IMG/VR virus record: IMGVR_UViG_3300019762_000005 | Coordinates: 28,676-92,675 of that record | DNA from: a virus | Length of the DNA stretch: 64,000 bases | Reading direction: 5' to 3' (one strand) | Part shown: positions 57,401-64,000 of the stretch, one piece after another | How the letters are laid out: each line of letters starts with the position of its first letter | Position numbering within the stretch: the first letter of the stretch is position 1 | Translations under genes and position numbers: made by a program | The notes under the pieces: generated by a model | Seen by the model: only the letters and a program-made list of their open reading frames with translations | Database searches by the model: none | What the model was told of the DNA's origin: nothing

Positions 57401-60400
57401 GTGCTGTTTTGTAACTTTTGAATCTAGCTTCTACACTTTGAAATGCTTCTTTATCAACAATATGATCTCCTTCGTCATTAGACTTTATGTACGGCATTGA
57501 AAACAAGTTACCTTTCCATTCTTTCAATAGAATATCTTCCACCTTCCCTGAGTTAGAATCTGCTGGAGACAATGTGTACTTTCCTCCATCTACTTTCCAG
57601 AATACCATATTCATCTTAACGTGATGTTTAGTCATCGCTACAGTAAACTCAGTTTTAACCTGGTCGTCAGCAGTCTTAAGCTTGTCTACAAAGTTTTTCA
57701 TCCAAGGCTTAGCAGCGTGTATTTCTGTATCAGAAAGAACATCTACATAGTCATTGAAGTCTGGTTTCCTCCCTGCCAACAAACTCATAACCTCGTTAGA
57801 CACTTCATCAAACTCCATAAAGTTTTCTATACCAATAAGATTATGAGTATTAGAAGCTGGAATACCTGCCATAAACATCTTGAGTCTTTCACTCATTGTG
57901 TCCTTTGTATTCAGCAAGAATGTAGTAGAACCGTCTTCAAAACTTTTCTTCTCTAATATTCCAGCACTTTCTCCAAAGTCTAAATCTTGACCTGTTTCTC
58001 CTTCTATAATCTTGATATTTGAATACTTAGAAAGCCTACGCTTAGTAAGTGTAGCTACATTTTCAAAGTTGTTTACAAATAGTGATATTAAAGCTTTCTT
58101 TTTTCCTGTAGCTTCATCTCTTAACCTCTCAAGATTATCTTTTTCTTGCCTAAAGAAAGTTACAGTATCCTCTTTAGAAAGCTTATTATCGTTCTCTAAA
58201 ATCTTAATGAACATTTTAGCAGATATACCTCTAATAGTAGAGTGTTGTAATCCAAAAGGAATCTTAGGATGAATGAATAGGTGCTCAACAGAACTTCTTA
58301 ATGCTACTTTGTTGTCTTGAGTAAAAGGAAGTTCAAAGACATCAAAGTCAGAAAAGTCTATATCTTCATCATCTTCGAAAGTTTCTTGACCGAAATCAAA
58401 CTCCAAAGCATCATAGTTAATGTTTCCTTTAGAGTCAACAGCTTTTACATCTGATTTAGGAGCAGCTTCTTTTTTAGCAGCTACTTCTTTGTTGGCAAAT
58501 GAATCGTCAAATTCTATTGAAGGTTGTATTGTGTAGATGTATTCAGGGTTCTCTTCAGTACCAATATTAAAAGACAATAATCCTGTAGATGTATTCTCTT
58601 TGATTAAGTCGTTGTACGAGTTAGCTAGTACGTCTACTTCTCCATTTACCAATCCTTCTACAGCCTTAGAACTGTTAATACTTGTTTGGTTTACATTGAA
58701 GAAAGACTCTTCCAAATGAGTCTTTAATCTGTTCATTATAGCAGGTCTAGCCTCTTCTGGAGTATTAGCAGAAAGAGAGAAAGTTTTCATTCCTCCACCT
58801 GCACCAAAGTCGATACTATTTCCAGTAACTGTCATTAGCCTGTAAATAGAATTCACATCTTCATGCTTTAGGTAATCCTCTAAACTGTCATACGTGTCAG
58901 GGACGTTAAACAAGTAAGCAAATTGCTTTAAGTATTTTCTAAGACCTTCAACATTTCTAACGTCAGTTTCGCTATTGTTTACTAAGTGCTCTGATAAGTC
59001 ATTATGTTCTTGAGAAGAGAAAGCTTCAACTGCTGATATAATACTATGTACCATATCGCCACTCATCTTTTCGTTAGATATAGGAGTAGCGATTGACTCT
59101 CCGTTAGAAGTAGGCAACAATGTGTACGCTACACCTTCTAACAAACTATCAACATCATTAATCAAGCTACCTTTGAAAGGGGTTTTCAATCCTTTCATTT
59201 CTCCATTCACAGTTATGAATATCTTAAGATTTGGGTCTGGAAAAGCATCAGATACTTTCTGGTATCCATCTTTGTTAGAGATTAGAGACCCTGGCTTTTT
59301 ATCACTAACAGTAGTGCTAATAGATCCTTTGTCAATAATCTCTTTCCTTATACTTCTAATATTTTTTAAGTTCTCTTCTATAGATCCTTTGATATTTTCT
59401 TCCTTCATCCAATCTGCAGAATGTAGATATGCAATATTTCTTCCTTCAGAATCTTTAATAACTATAGGAATGTAGTCTGCGATCTCAGATTCAGACAGGT
59501 TGCTTTTCAAAGCACCCCAAGTAGTCTTCTCTTTTTCAGTACTGTTAGGTACGTAAACTTCTGTTTCAGCGTTATCATCAACAGCTATAGTTATAGGAGT
59601 CCCAATGTCAAAAGAATCGCTAAGTAGCAACTTACTGTTTCCTTCTAATAGCGAATTGTCTAAATCTTCCCTGCTAACTTTACCTTCGTCATTAACCATT
59701 TGAGAAAATGCTCTCGATAAGTACGCTAATTTGTTGTATCCGTCTGTGGTTCTACTATAGTCGAATTCATCGTTAGTATCGCTTGAAGCTTCTGCATTAG
59801 CTTTTTTAACGTCTGCAACTGCTTTTTCAGAAGCTTCATCAACATCCTTTGCTTTGTCCTCGTTGAACACGTCGTTTAGAGTTGATTCTGTTTCGGAAGT
59901 TTTTTGAGCAGCAAACTCTCTAGCATCTAAAGCTTTCTGAATAGCCTGAGACTTCAGTGCTATCTTATCAGCCATATCTGGAGTTAACATATCTAAGTCA
60001 TCAGCATACTTTCTAATCTTGTCAAGTTCACCCTGGGTAGCAGAACCATCCACAAACTTCTCCAAGTCAGCAGTAGTTGTTGTTGATTGTTGTGGAGCTT
60101 CTTTAGCTACAGAACTCTGGTCCTCTTGATGTTGGTAGAACTTTTTAGCAAGGTCTTTCAATTCTTTATCGCTTAACGATTGATTGCCTTCAATAGTTTC
60201 TTTAGCATCTTTAAGATCGGTCTTTTCCTTCGCTTTCTCTTCTTTTCTTTCAGCTTTGTCAGCTTCTTTAGCCTTTTCTCTTTTAGCGTCTTCAATATTC
60301 TTTTCAGCTTCTTCTTGAGCTTCAGCAGCTTCTATACTTTTTTGTGCCTGATATTCTGGAGTAATTATCTCGTTGAAAATATCGTCTAATTTCTTAACAT

Positions 60401-62279
60401 CGTTATCTATGTTAATTAAATTGCTTTCTAAGTTCTTTATCTCGCTATACTCTTCAAGTTTTTTAACTTCCTTAAGAAATTCATTATACTTGCTAGTTTG
60501 CTCAGTAGTTTTTCCAGGGTTCAAGTCTAATGTAGAAGAGTCGTATGAAAGCCTATCTTGTCCAGCTACAGACTCCAATGAACTAATACCATGTCTTTTA
60601 CCAACTCTTTCTAATTGTTCGTTAAAAGCTAGAGTTTTACTATCAATAGCACTCTTGATATTGTCGTACTGAATTAAAGAGTTCTCTCTATAACCCCTGT
60701 TAAGGAATACTTGCCTCTGGTTTACGTAATCCTTTGAACGATTATAAACATTTTCTAATCTTTCTATAGTTGCTATAGCTTTGTCAGCTCGCTCTTTATA
60801 GTCGTCACTCATGTCTTTTTGCTGAGGACCGTTTTTTAACCCTTTGTAAAGTTCTATAAGTTTCCCTGTGGTACCATTTTCGAACGCTCTATGAGCTTGA
60901 GAAACAAGAGATGCTTCATTCAGTTTTTCAACCTTATCGTAATCTTTAGCTTTTTGAGCTTCTAGTATTTGGTTATTAAGAACTATCTGGTCAGCAAGGT
61001 CATTGAATACATCTGTAGCCGTTTTGACATCTCCACTCTTAGCTATATTATCATATTGAGAAAGTATTGCTTGTTGTCTTTCATAAGCATTGTTAGCGGC
61101 TGTTCTCTCAGAAACTCTACCGTCTTCAGTATCGGTTTTCTTTATAGCTCCTTTTAAGTTTGTTCCACCAGTTTGAGAAGCTCCACCAATAGCACCCCAA
61201 AATGCTGCGGCCCAAGCTTGGTCCTGACCTAAGTACTCGATAACTTCAGCCATTCCAACCTCTTTACCCTTACCTATAGCAGTACCAGCCTCAGCACCTA
61301 TATGATTGACTAACTCTTCTATTGCTTCCTGTCCAGATTCAAGTCCAAGTTCTCCAATAGTTCTACCTATGGTTTGTTTGCTTAGAATGTTACGGGTAAG
61401 TTGATTGCCTTTTAACAGCTTTCCTGCAGACGTGATATTCAATAAGAAGTTTACTTTGTTGATCTTAGAGGTCATTGCTGCTGCATCTCCAGCCAACTTC
61501 TTAGCATCTTCGTAGCTTTTTCCAAGACTAATATTGTCCTCTAACGTTTGGTGGTAAACACTGTTAGTCTCCATTAACGTTTCAATATGATTTAACGCAT
61601 AAGCATTTGCTGAAGCTCCAGCAAAGTCTTGTATTCTTTTGAAAGAGTTTCCTCTCTCTATACCTGCTAAAGCATTACCATAAAGTTTACTCTTGTTAAG
61701 ATTCCTAACAGCTTTTAACCCAGAGCCAATAGCTTTACCTACTCCACCTAAGACCATACCTTCAACGATAAATTCTGCAGCAGACTTAACTGTGTCAGAA
61801 CCTCCTTCAATCCACCAAGCAGGGTCTCCCATATCGAATGCTTCATTAGGATTTTCTTTATAGATAGGTGTAGCTTCACGTAATGATTCTTGAGCTTCGT
61901 TTGTGAAATCAGTAAGCCAGTTAGACGTGTCGCTAGAATCAAAGTATGAAGGTATATCAAAAGCAGATGCTAATCCACCTATAACACCAGGAACTACATT
62001 CCCTAATCTCGCAACACCGTTGCCTAATTGCTCCCAGTTAGATTGTGATTGAGCTCTTTGCTTTTCTAAATTATCGCCATAAGGGTCTATGTTTTCACCA
62101 AGGTAATTAGTGAATTCATCAATATTTCTATCTGTTGTTGAGAATCCTTTAGAACTTTGATTAGCCTCCCAACTTTGTTGACCAAGGCTTTCTAAATCAT
62201 CATATAGAGGGTCGGGGGCTGACCCTCCACTTGATAAATTTTCATCATACTCGTCTGCGTTAAATCTTTTCTTTGCCAT
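51423..62279 (-). CDS. Virion-associated two-barrel RNA polymerase polyprotein (3618 aa)
   Basis: FRIPTQGHNSM and catalytic GSDFDVDKLY (~54530-54560); C-terminal zincin-like LLHEALH...EEFVA. Confidence 0.92.
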   Translation of the reverse strand: MAKKRFNADEYDENLSSGGSAPDPLYDDLESLGQQSWEANQSSKGFSTTDRNIDEFTNYLGENIDPYGDNLEKQRAQSQSNWEQLGNGVARLGNVVPGVIGGLASAFDIPSYFDSSDTSNWLTDFTNEAQESLREATPIYKENPNEAFDMGDPAWWIEGGSDTVKSAAEFIVEGMVLGGVGKAIGSGLKAVRNLNKSKLYGNALAGIERGNSFKRIQDFAGASANAYALNHIETLMETNSVYHQTLEDNISLGKSYEDAKKLAGDAAAMTSKINKVNFLLNITSAGKLLKGNQLTRNILSKQTIGRTIGELGLESGQEAIEELVNHIGAEAGTAIGKGKEVGMAEVIEYLGQDQAWAAAFWGAIGGASQTGGTNLKGAIKKTDTEDGRVSERTAANNAYERQQAILSQYDNIAKSGDVKTATDVFNDLADQIVLNNQILEAQKAKDYDKVEKLNEASLVSQAHRAFENGTTGKLIELYKGLKNGPQQKDMSDDYKERADKAIATIERLENVYNRSKDYVNQRQVFLNRGYRENSLIQYDNIKSAIDSKTLAFNEQLERVGKRHGISSLESVAGQDRLSYDSSTLDLNPGKTTEQTSKYNEFLKEVKKLEEYSEIKNLESNLINIDNDVKKLDDIFNEIITPEYQAQKSIEAAEAQEEAEKNIEDAKREKAKEADKAERKEEKAKEKTDLKDAKETIEGNQSLSDKELKDLAKKFYQHQEDQSSVAKEAPQQSTTTTADLEKFVDGSATQGELDKIRKYADDLDMLTPDMADKIALKSQAIQKALDAREFAAQKTSETESTLNDVFNEDKAKDVDEASEKAVADVKKANAEASSDTNDEFDYSRTTDGYNKLAYLSRAFSQMVNDEGKVSREDLDNSLLEGNSKLLLSDSFDIGTPITIAVDDNAETEVYVPNSTEKEKTTWGALKSNLSESEIADYIPIVIKDSEGRNIAYLHSADWMKEENIKGSIEENLKNIRSIRKEIIDKGSISTTVSDKKPGSLISNKDGYQKVSDAFPDPNLKIFITVNGEMKGLKTPFKGSLINDVDSLLEGVAYTLLPTSNGESIATPISNEKMSGDMVHSIISAVEAFSSQEHNDLSEHLVNNSETDVRNVEGLRKYLKQFAYLFNVPDTYDSLEDYLKHEDVNSIYRLMTVTGNSIDFGAGGGMKTFSLSANTPEEARPAIMNRLKTHLEESFFNVNQTSINSSKAVEGLVNGEVDVLANSYNDLIKENTSTGLLSFNIGTEENPEYIYTIQPSIEFDDSFANKEVAAKKEAAPKSDVKAVDSKGNINYDALEFDFGQETFEDDEDIDFSDFDVFELPFTQDNKVALRSSVEHLFIHPKIPFGLQHSTIRGISAKMFIKILENDNKLSKEDTVTFFRQEKDNLERLRDEATGKKKALISLFVNNFENVATLTKRRLSKYSNIKIIEGETGQDLDFGESAGILEKKSFEDGSTTFLLNTKDTMSERLKMFMAGIPASNTHNLIGIENFMEFDEVSNEVMSLLAGRKPDFNDYVDVLSDTEIHAAKPWMKNFVDKLKTADDQVKTEFTVAMTKHHVKMNMVFWKVDGGKYTLSPADSNSGKVEDILLKEWKGNLFSMPYIKSNDEGDHIVDKEAFQSVEARFKSYKTAPPSQEVFTDLLSSIGLDLSEDVIDKMLTGKYKNKAGIVLTYKQLMTLPKASPLAMMVNTLSALSKKKKPLDTLSLPFKETEIKHLAKVNSKFITNKYSASHKAGEKTIWSFSNNKYANNRIQDLKRLNESTFNGEKVFTNTKLTQLNSLSFNGTHNDLMRMALLDDAGEPMIADNGEIVIDKNSKMYKFYEVSYLSLETLKKLKSKAKGSGKLTENSPMEHEVVKLGLFANRGASDKEGNRRVKMFYPTMSDKSTMLLLETLAQDIGVDENGSISDSSVRTVYEQMALPELNRIRSFENIKENGKSVDVKGYKDGANKFLIFPELNNDPSIMLDGKLVITPNNPEPIIAYLKDFLNNVISEQIEDWRNLGIVNDKGVLTFVDSQYKKKFKKHGLKNIAADYAINYMLHNASVFKNYTGDPALFYKSKSDDSVQQSMDTFINMGKRLAGDLAPGYESDLKGTYKVAFIKDPESVSNNIKFYTKTLDGEEITDAEIESYKNGSKGIKGQIKAKYPKSSPYFDIEGADAQEFVSWKEHLKVLKGIGKISEKKLQQLTKKLEKNESLDSRELDVVFQPLKPVHVSNKFEKHNDLDRRIYIKSSAFPLLPQLTGGLEIDKMRKKMEEQGVDKVVFYTATKVGAPSNSVEAYEKDGTLKNDISFDNAIDLSYDGWRIQQDVPYKEDKDKINVGTQERKLLFSNIKGIGGFSYNGKKYTGEKLEAVYNSLYEEIYEDSYNQLIEDLEWNGKDLNRQKLGEMLIQEAIERDYPLNDQLALEIVDGDFKVPLWALTSTEKVESLLTSIVNNKIIKKKHHGKSYVLGSEEGFRNVKSFEESAGALSEYKNKIVWTSSFNNELLPHKFTSSTFRPSQVLVPTIMKDRNGKVINVQDYATEVDGKLMLDETKIPKELLQLFGFRIPTQGHNSMMMMEIVGFLPKEMGDLLIASRDLTIQMGSDFDVDKLYTYQYNIFQDTDGTFLDVRKLTDENIRMIYDNHVDDDPASTKLLEAMFGEDAIPENWRKLKSEFKEKQTQNSILDIHNAVMSNPDTEMQSLMAKPIDFGDLDGAEGLANTIANQRSARLEGSKLFNPTSATYQRQKYVNASAGKAGVGALSLDSVFHATAQNKGLFVRGTKKNPFEMRFGLQKSTGVISNAKTLDGKKYISDVIAAYQSAAVDNEKEQILDKLNINGYTFGTIKALALLGFDESTISAVISQDVIFELANRLTVNDSALASERLTKEDIMRNMLDEIDGEVDPALADRSTSNLLEYVEKGEAIADYKSTQKAILAKFIKLDELGDTITEIQLAINSDSSGVGKSMFALNKKVDGVIDLYGHKSIGGADNLIGDYVLPKDMEDDNPQESGYQRVGPYWIRPTTINGFASVRGAALGNEIFSKLFPYDSPVVREAISEYKEITGKKAITEKIFKKIFNGLKSYLYTDSFEHTFDAYLPQKRDELLMDRKDDKGVITKQSLASVIDKLKKQPGMDKHPFIGRLNTEINFNGQPSLVTFDAAKGEDFDEESIYMSVIDMFAGNKNYPSIDRTSNELIGDLMVYSMMNGGIQQAKEFVKYIPVEVFNQLGFSEMLRDIDFRDTAGYRITNGFMTQYFQNNSFEIETVDSKSLDFGGVPINKAYELTYNSELDLTPTYIRVEQQAGDLLFKFNGSTWEKIPTLGTTDISEYDMSEVNLLSVIEKNNENTINGVNEIAVPKKDSVVDNSDKFYEIDGLDISGKEKITRLLEQVDVNPEYKDLVDVVTKSLPEDISFSIESDLEAQGATRRSTNTGKIEIAINPTTGDLSKTLLHEALHAVTVAVIKEKKGKAYNNIKALHSLFVKKMESRYSESELNDLMYNDTWQRAALNIEEFVAISMTDSKFQSFMKTEIWNDKKTFFDKLTEVFKSILVALGVKKGVDLNPIVLKEVISLVNDNTALTRKPIGAGLGQVNTTGVNPKVLSKVKKSNPFGTFVDPDSIGESAPQDVFSDNERPLSFDDFKNKLEKKDCK

Positions 62280-62314
62280 ATTTGGATATTGTAGACTCCA
62301 AATATATGAAAATT

Positions 62315-62614
62315 TTAACCAAACTCTACATGGTAGTGCAATGGATTTCCATGCTTAATAACCTTCTTCACTCCAGGGAACTTAGATGGGTCTGCTTTGA
62401 AGTCCTTGTAGAACCTAGCTCCATCTGCATTATCTCTAAGATCAATAGCGTCTCCAGTAAGATGCTTTGACTGTTTAACGCTGGACTCAAGAGAATCGTT
62501 CAATTCTTCAGTACGCATACCGCTGGTAAGAACTGACCCTGGATATGAAGACTTTATATTTTGAATAGCAGATACGTTAGCTTTTCTCGTTGTAGGCTGA
62601 CTAACACTACCCAT
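62315..62614 (-). CDS. Peptidase M15 domain (probably a -1 frameshift extension of the upstream gene)
   Basis: TSGMRT..N, SKHLTGDAIDL and HYHVEF motifs. Confidence 0.85.
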   Translation of the reverse strand: MGSVSQPTTRKANVSAIQNIKSSYPGSVLTSGMRTEELNDSLESSVKQSKHLTGDAIDLRDNADGARFYKDFKADPSKFPGVKKVIKHGNPLHYHVEFG

Positions 62615-62644
62615 ATCATCTCCAAAAATACTACTGATGTTCTC

Positions 62645-62674
62645 TAGCCCCTCAGCAGGGCTATCTACTTTCCC
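62645..62674 (-). promoter_or_regulatory. -1 programmed frameshift signal
   Basis: G GGA AAG immediately before TAG, then hairpin TAGCCC..GGGCTA. The -1 frame is open into the M15 ORF. Confidence 0.75.
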
Positions 62675-64000
62675 GGCTGTCCTTTTACTGGTCCTAGTTT
62701 TTCAGGAGTTACAGTAAGGAACTGCATAGCAGTATTCTTGTTAGGGAAACTAAACCCAGGGGTTTTAGTCAATCCGCTAAGCTTTGTAGTCATCTCTAAA
62801 AATCTTTCGAAGTCTCCTTCTTTAGGATTTCTAGCAATAGCTTCAAGCTCTTTTACAGCTTCAGGAATAGTCTGATCTTCAGTCAACGGACCATCCAACA
62901 TATTGTTTTGTAGGTGGTGATATATCATATTGAACAAAGGTGCTATTTTTTGACTATCACTTTTGTTGCTGTTTGAGAACGCTTTCTTATAGTAGTCAGC
63001 CATTCCTTGTAGATTCACTAGACTAGTTTCTTTTCCTTCTTCAAGTCCAGCTTTAACCTTTATACCTACAGTTCTATTATCAAGATGTTCTTGGTAAACA
63101 TTCACTTCTTTAGGATTAGCACCATCTCCAAACACACCAGGTCTTATTACTGAACCTGTAGCTTTAATGTCGTTTATAACATTGTTATCCTTGGTAAAAT
63201 CTGTCTTGATGTTTTTCCATTTGAAGTCTCTTCTTTGATCTTCAACTCTTCCTACAGAACCAGCAAGGCCAATTCTTTTTGATTGAGGAGTCTTGGCACT
63301 TTCAGTATAGAACTGCTCAAACTCTCCTTGAAGCTTGGAAGGAACATCAACGATATAACTAGTAGAGTTACCATCTTTATCTTCGACTCTCATCTCCATT
63401 TGAGGAGCTCTACTGTCGTAATCAATAATCTTATTGATAGATACATTTTTAGCAGTAGAGAATTGCTCTAACAAGTCTTCATCGACATCCATATACTCAG
63501 AATCTCCACCACTAACTTTGTAGACTCTGCTTCCTAGATTTTCTCTAACTTTTGTACCACTGTAATGAGATCCAATTATTGTCTTAGAGATATTATCCCA
63601 AACACCTTTTCCTCTAGCTTCTGGAGTAATAGCGAATCCTTGAGTTATTAAGTCTCTTTGTAGTTGCTGATCTAAACTCTTGTTATACATCTTCTCATAA
63701 ACCTGAGATGCTTCCATCTTCGTAGCGATGTCTTCTCCTAATCCACCTACTTCTCTATCTGCTATAGTTGAAAATTCATAAAGAACTTCAGACTGAACTT
63801 CTCTTAAAGCTTGAATCTCTTCAGGAGATAAACTCTTACTAGCATTGTTTATGAAGTTTCTGTAATTGTTCGCAGCTAGAGCATCAGTATCTTTAGTAGC
63901 TATACCGAATACAGATTTCTGAAGTTTAGCTCCGTGAATATTTGTAGTCTCATAATCAAGATTACCTACTATATTGTCTATAGTTGCTCCATCTAATCCT
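62665..64000 (-). CDS. Large virion/ejection protein (5' part outside the window)
   Basis: The frame appears open upstream of ATG 63717; ends ...GQPGK*. Confidence 0.7.
   Translation of the reverse strand, partial: GLDGATIDNIVGNLDYETTNIHGAKLQKSVFGIATKDTDALAANNYRNFINNASKSLSPEEIQALREVQSEVLYEFSTIADREVGGLGEDIATKMEASQVYEKMYNKSLDQQLQRDLITQGFAITPEARGKGVWDNISKTIIGSHYSGTKVRENLGSRVYKVSGGDSEYMDVDEDLLEQFSTAKNVSINKIIDYDSRAPQMEMRVEDKDGNSTSYIVDVPSKLQGEFEQFYTESAKTPQSKRIGLAGSVGRVEDQRRDFKWKNIKTDFTKDNNVINDIKATGSVIRPGVFGDGANPKEVNVYQEHLDNRTVGIKVKAGLEEGKETSLVNLQGMADYYKKAFSNSNKSDSQKIAPLFNMIYHHLQNNMLDGPLTEDQTIPEAVKELEAIARNPKEGDFERFLEMTTKLSGLTKTPGFSFPNKNTAMQFLTVTPEKLGPVKGQPGK

Noticed and set aside
48771-63471. Many short plus-strand ORFs
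   Set aside because: Antisense to the large minus-strand virion genes, with shadow-like composition.
1-64000. Stop-codon reassignment (seen in some Crassvirales)
   Set aside because: Long genes are intact under code 11, TAG and TGA both end genes at sensible positions, and no suppressor tRNA is visible.

Overview
This window is about two thirds of a crAss-like (Crassvirales-type) phage genome. The host is probably Bacteroidota, inferred from a TAnnTTTG promoter and A-rich start contexts without Shine-Dalgarno sequences. The standard genetic code is used. Layout: (1) 1-6400, minus strand: terminase large subunit with a mini-intein, an HU/IHF-like gene, a DEDD exonuclease and an Acb2-like gene. 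(2) 6400-8000: a divergent, largely non-coding switch region with repeats, possibly the genome end or origin. (3) 8000-28500, plus strand: small early/accessory genes, a ClpX-like ATPase, RNase HI, a GH73-like hydrolase, and several structured RNA clusters including four aberrant tRNA-like elements. (4) 28500-47600, plus strand: the replication module, with a PolB carrying degenerate motifs, a PAPS-reductase-family protein, SF2 helicase, intein-containing DnaB, an AAA ATPase split by a group I intron, SSB, primase, RusA-like and PD-(D/E)XK nucleases, a degenerate UDG and a MazG-like protein. Embedded in this module is an apparently complete ubiquitin-like conjugation operon (Ubl-E2-JAB-E1), the strongest candidate for a novel system. 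(5) 47600-64000, minus strand: virion-delivered proteins, including a 3618-aa RNA polymerase and a protein apparently fused to an M15 peptidase by a -1 frameshift. All calls come from reading motifs by eye; no database searches were run.
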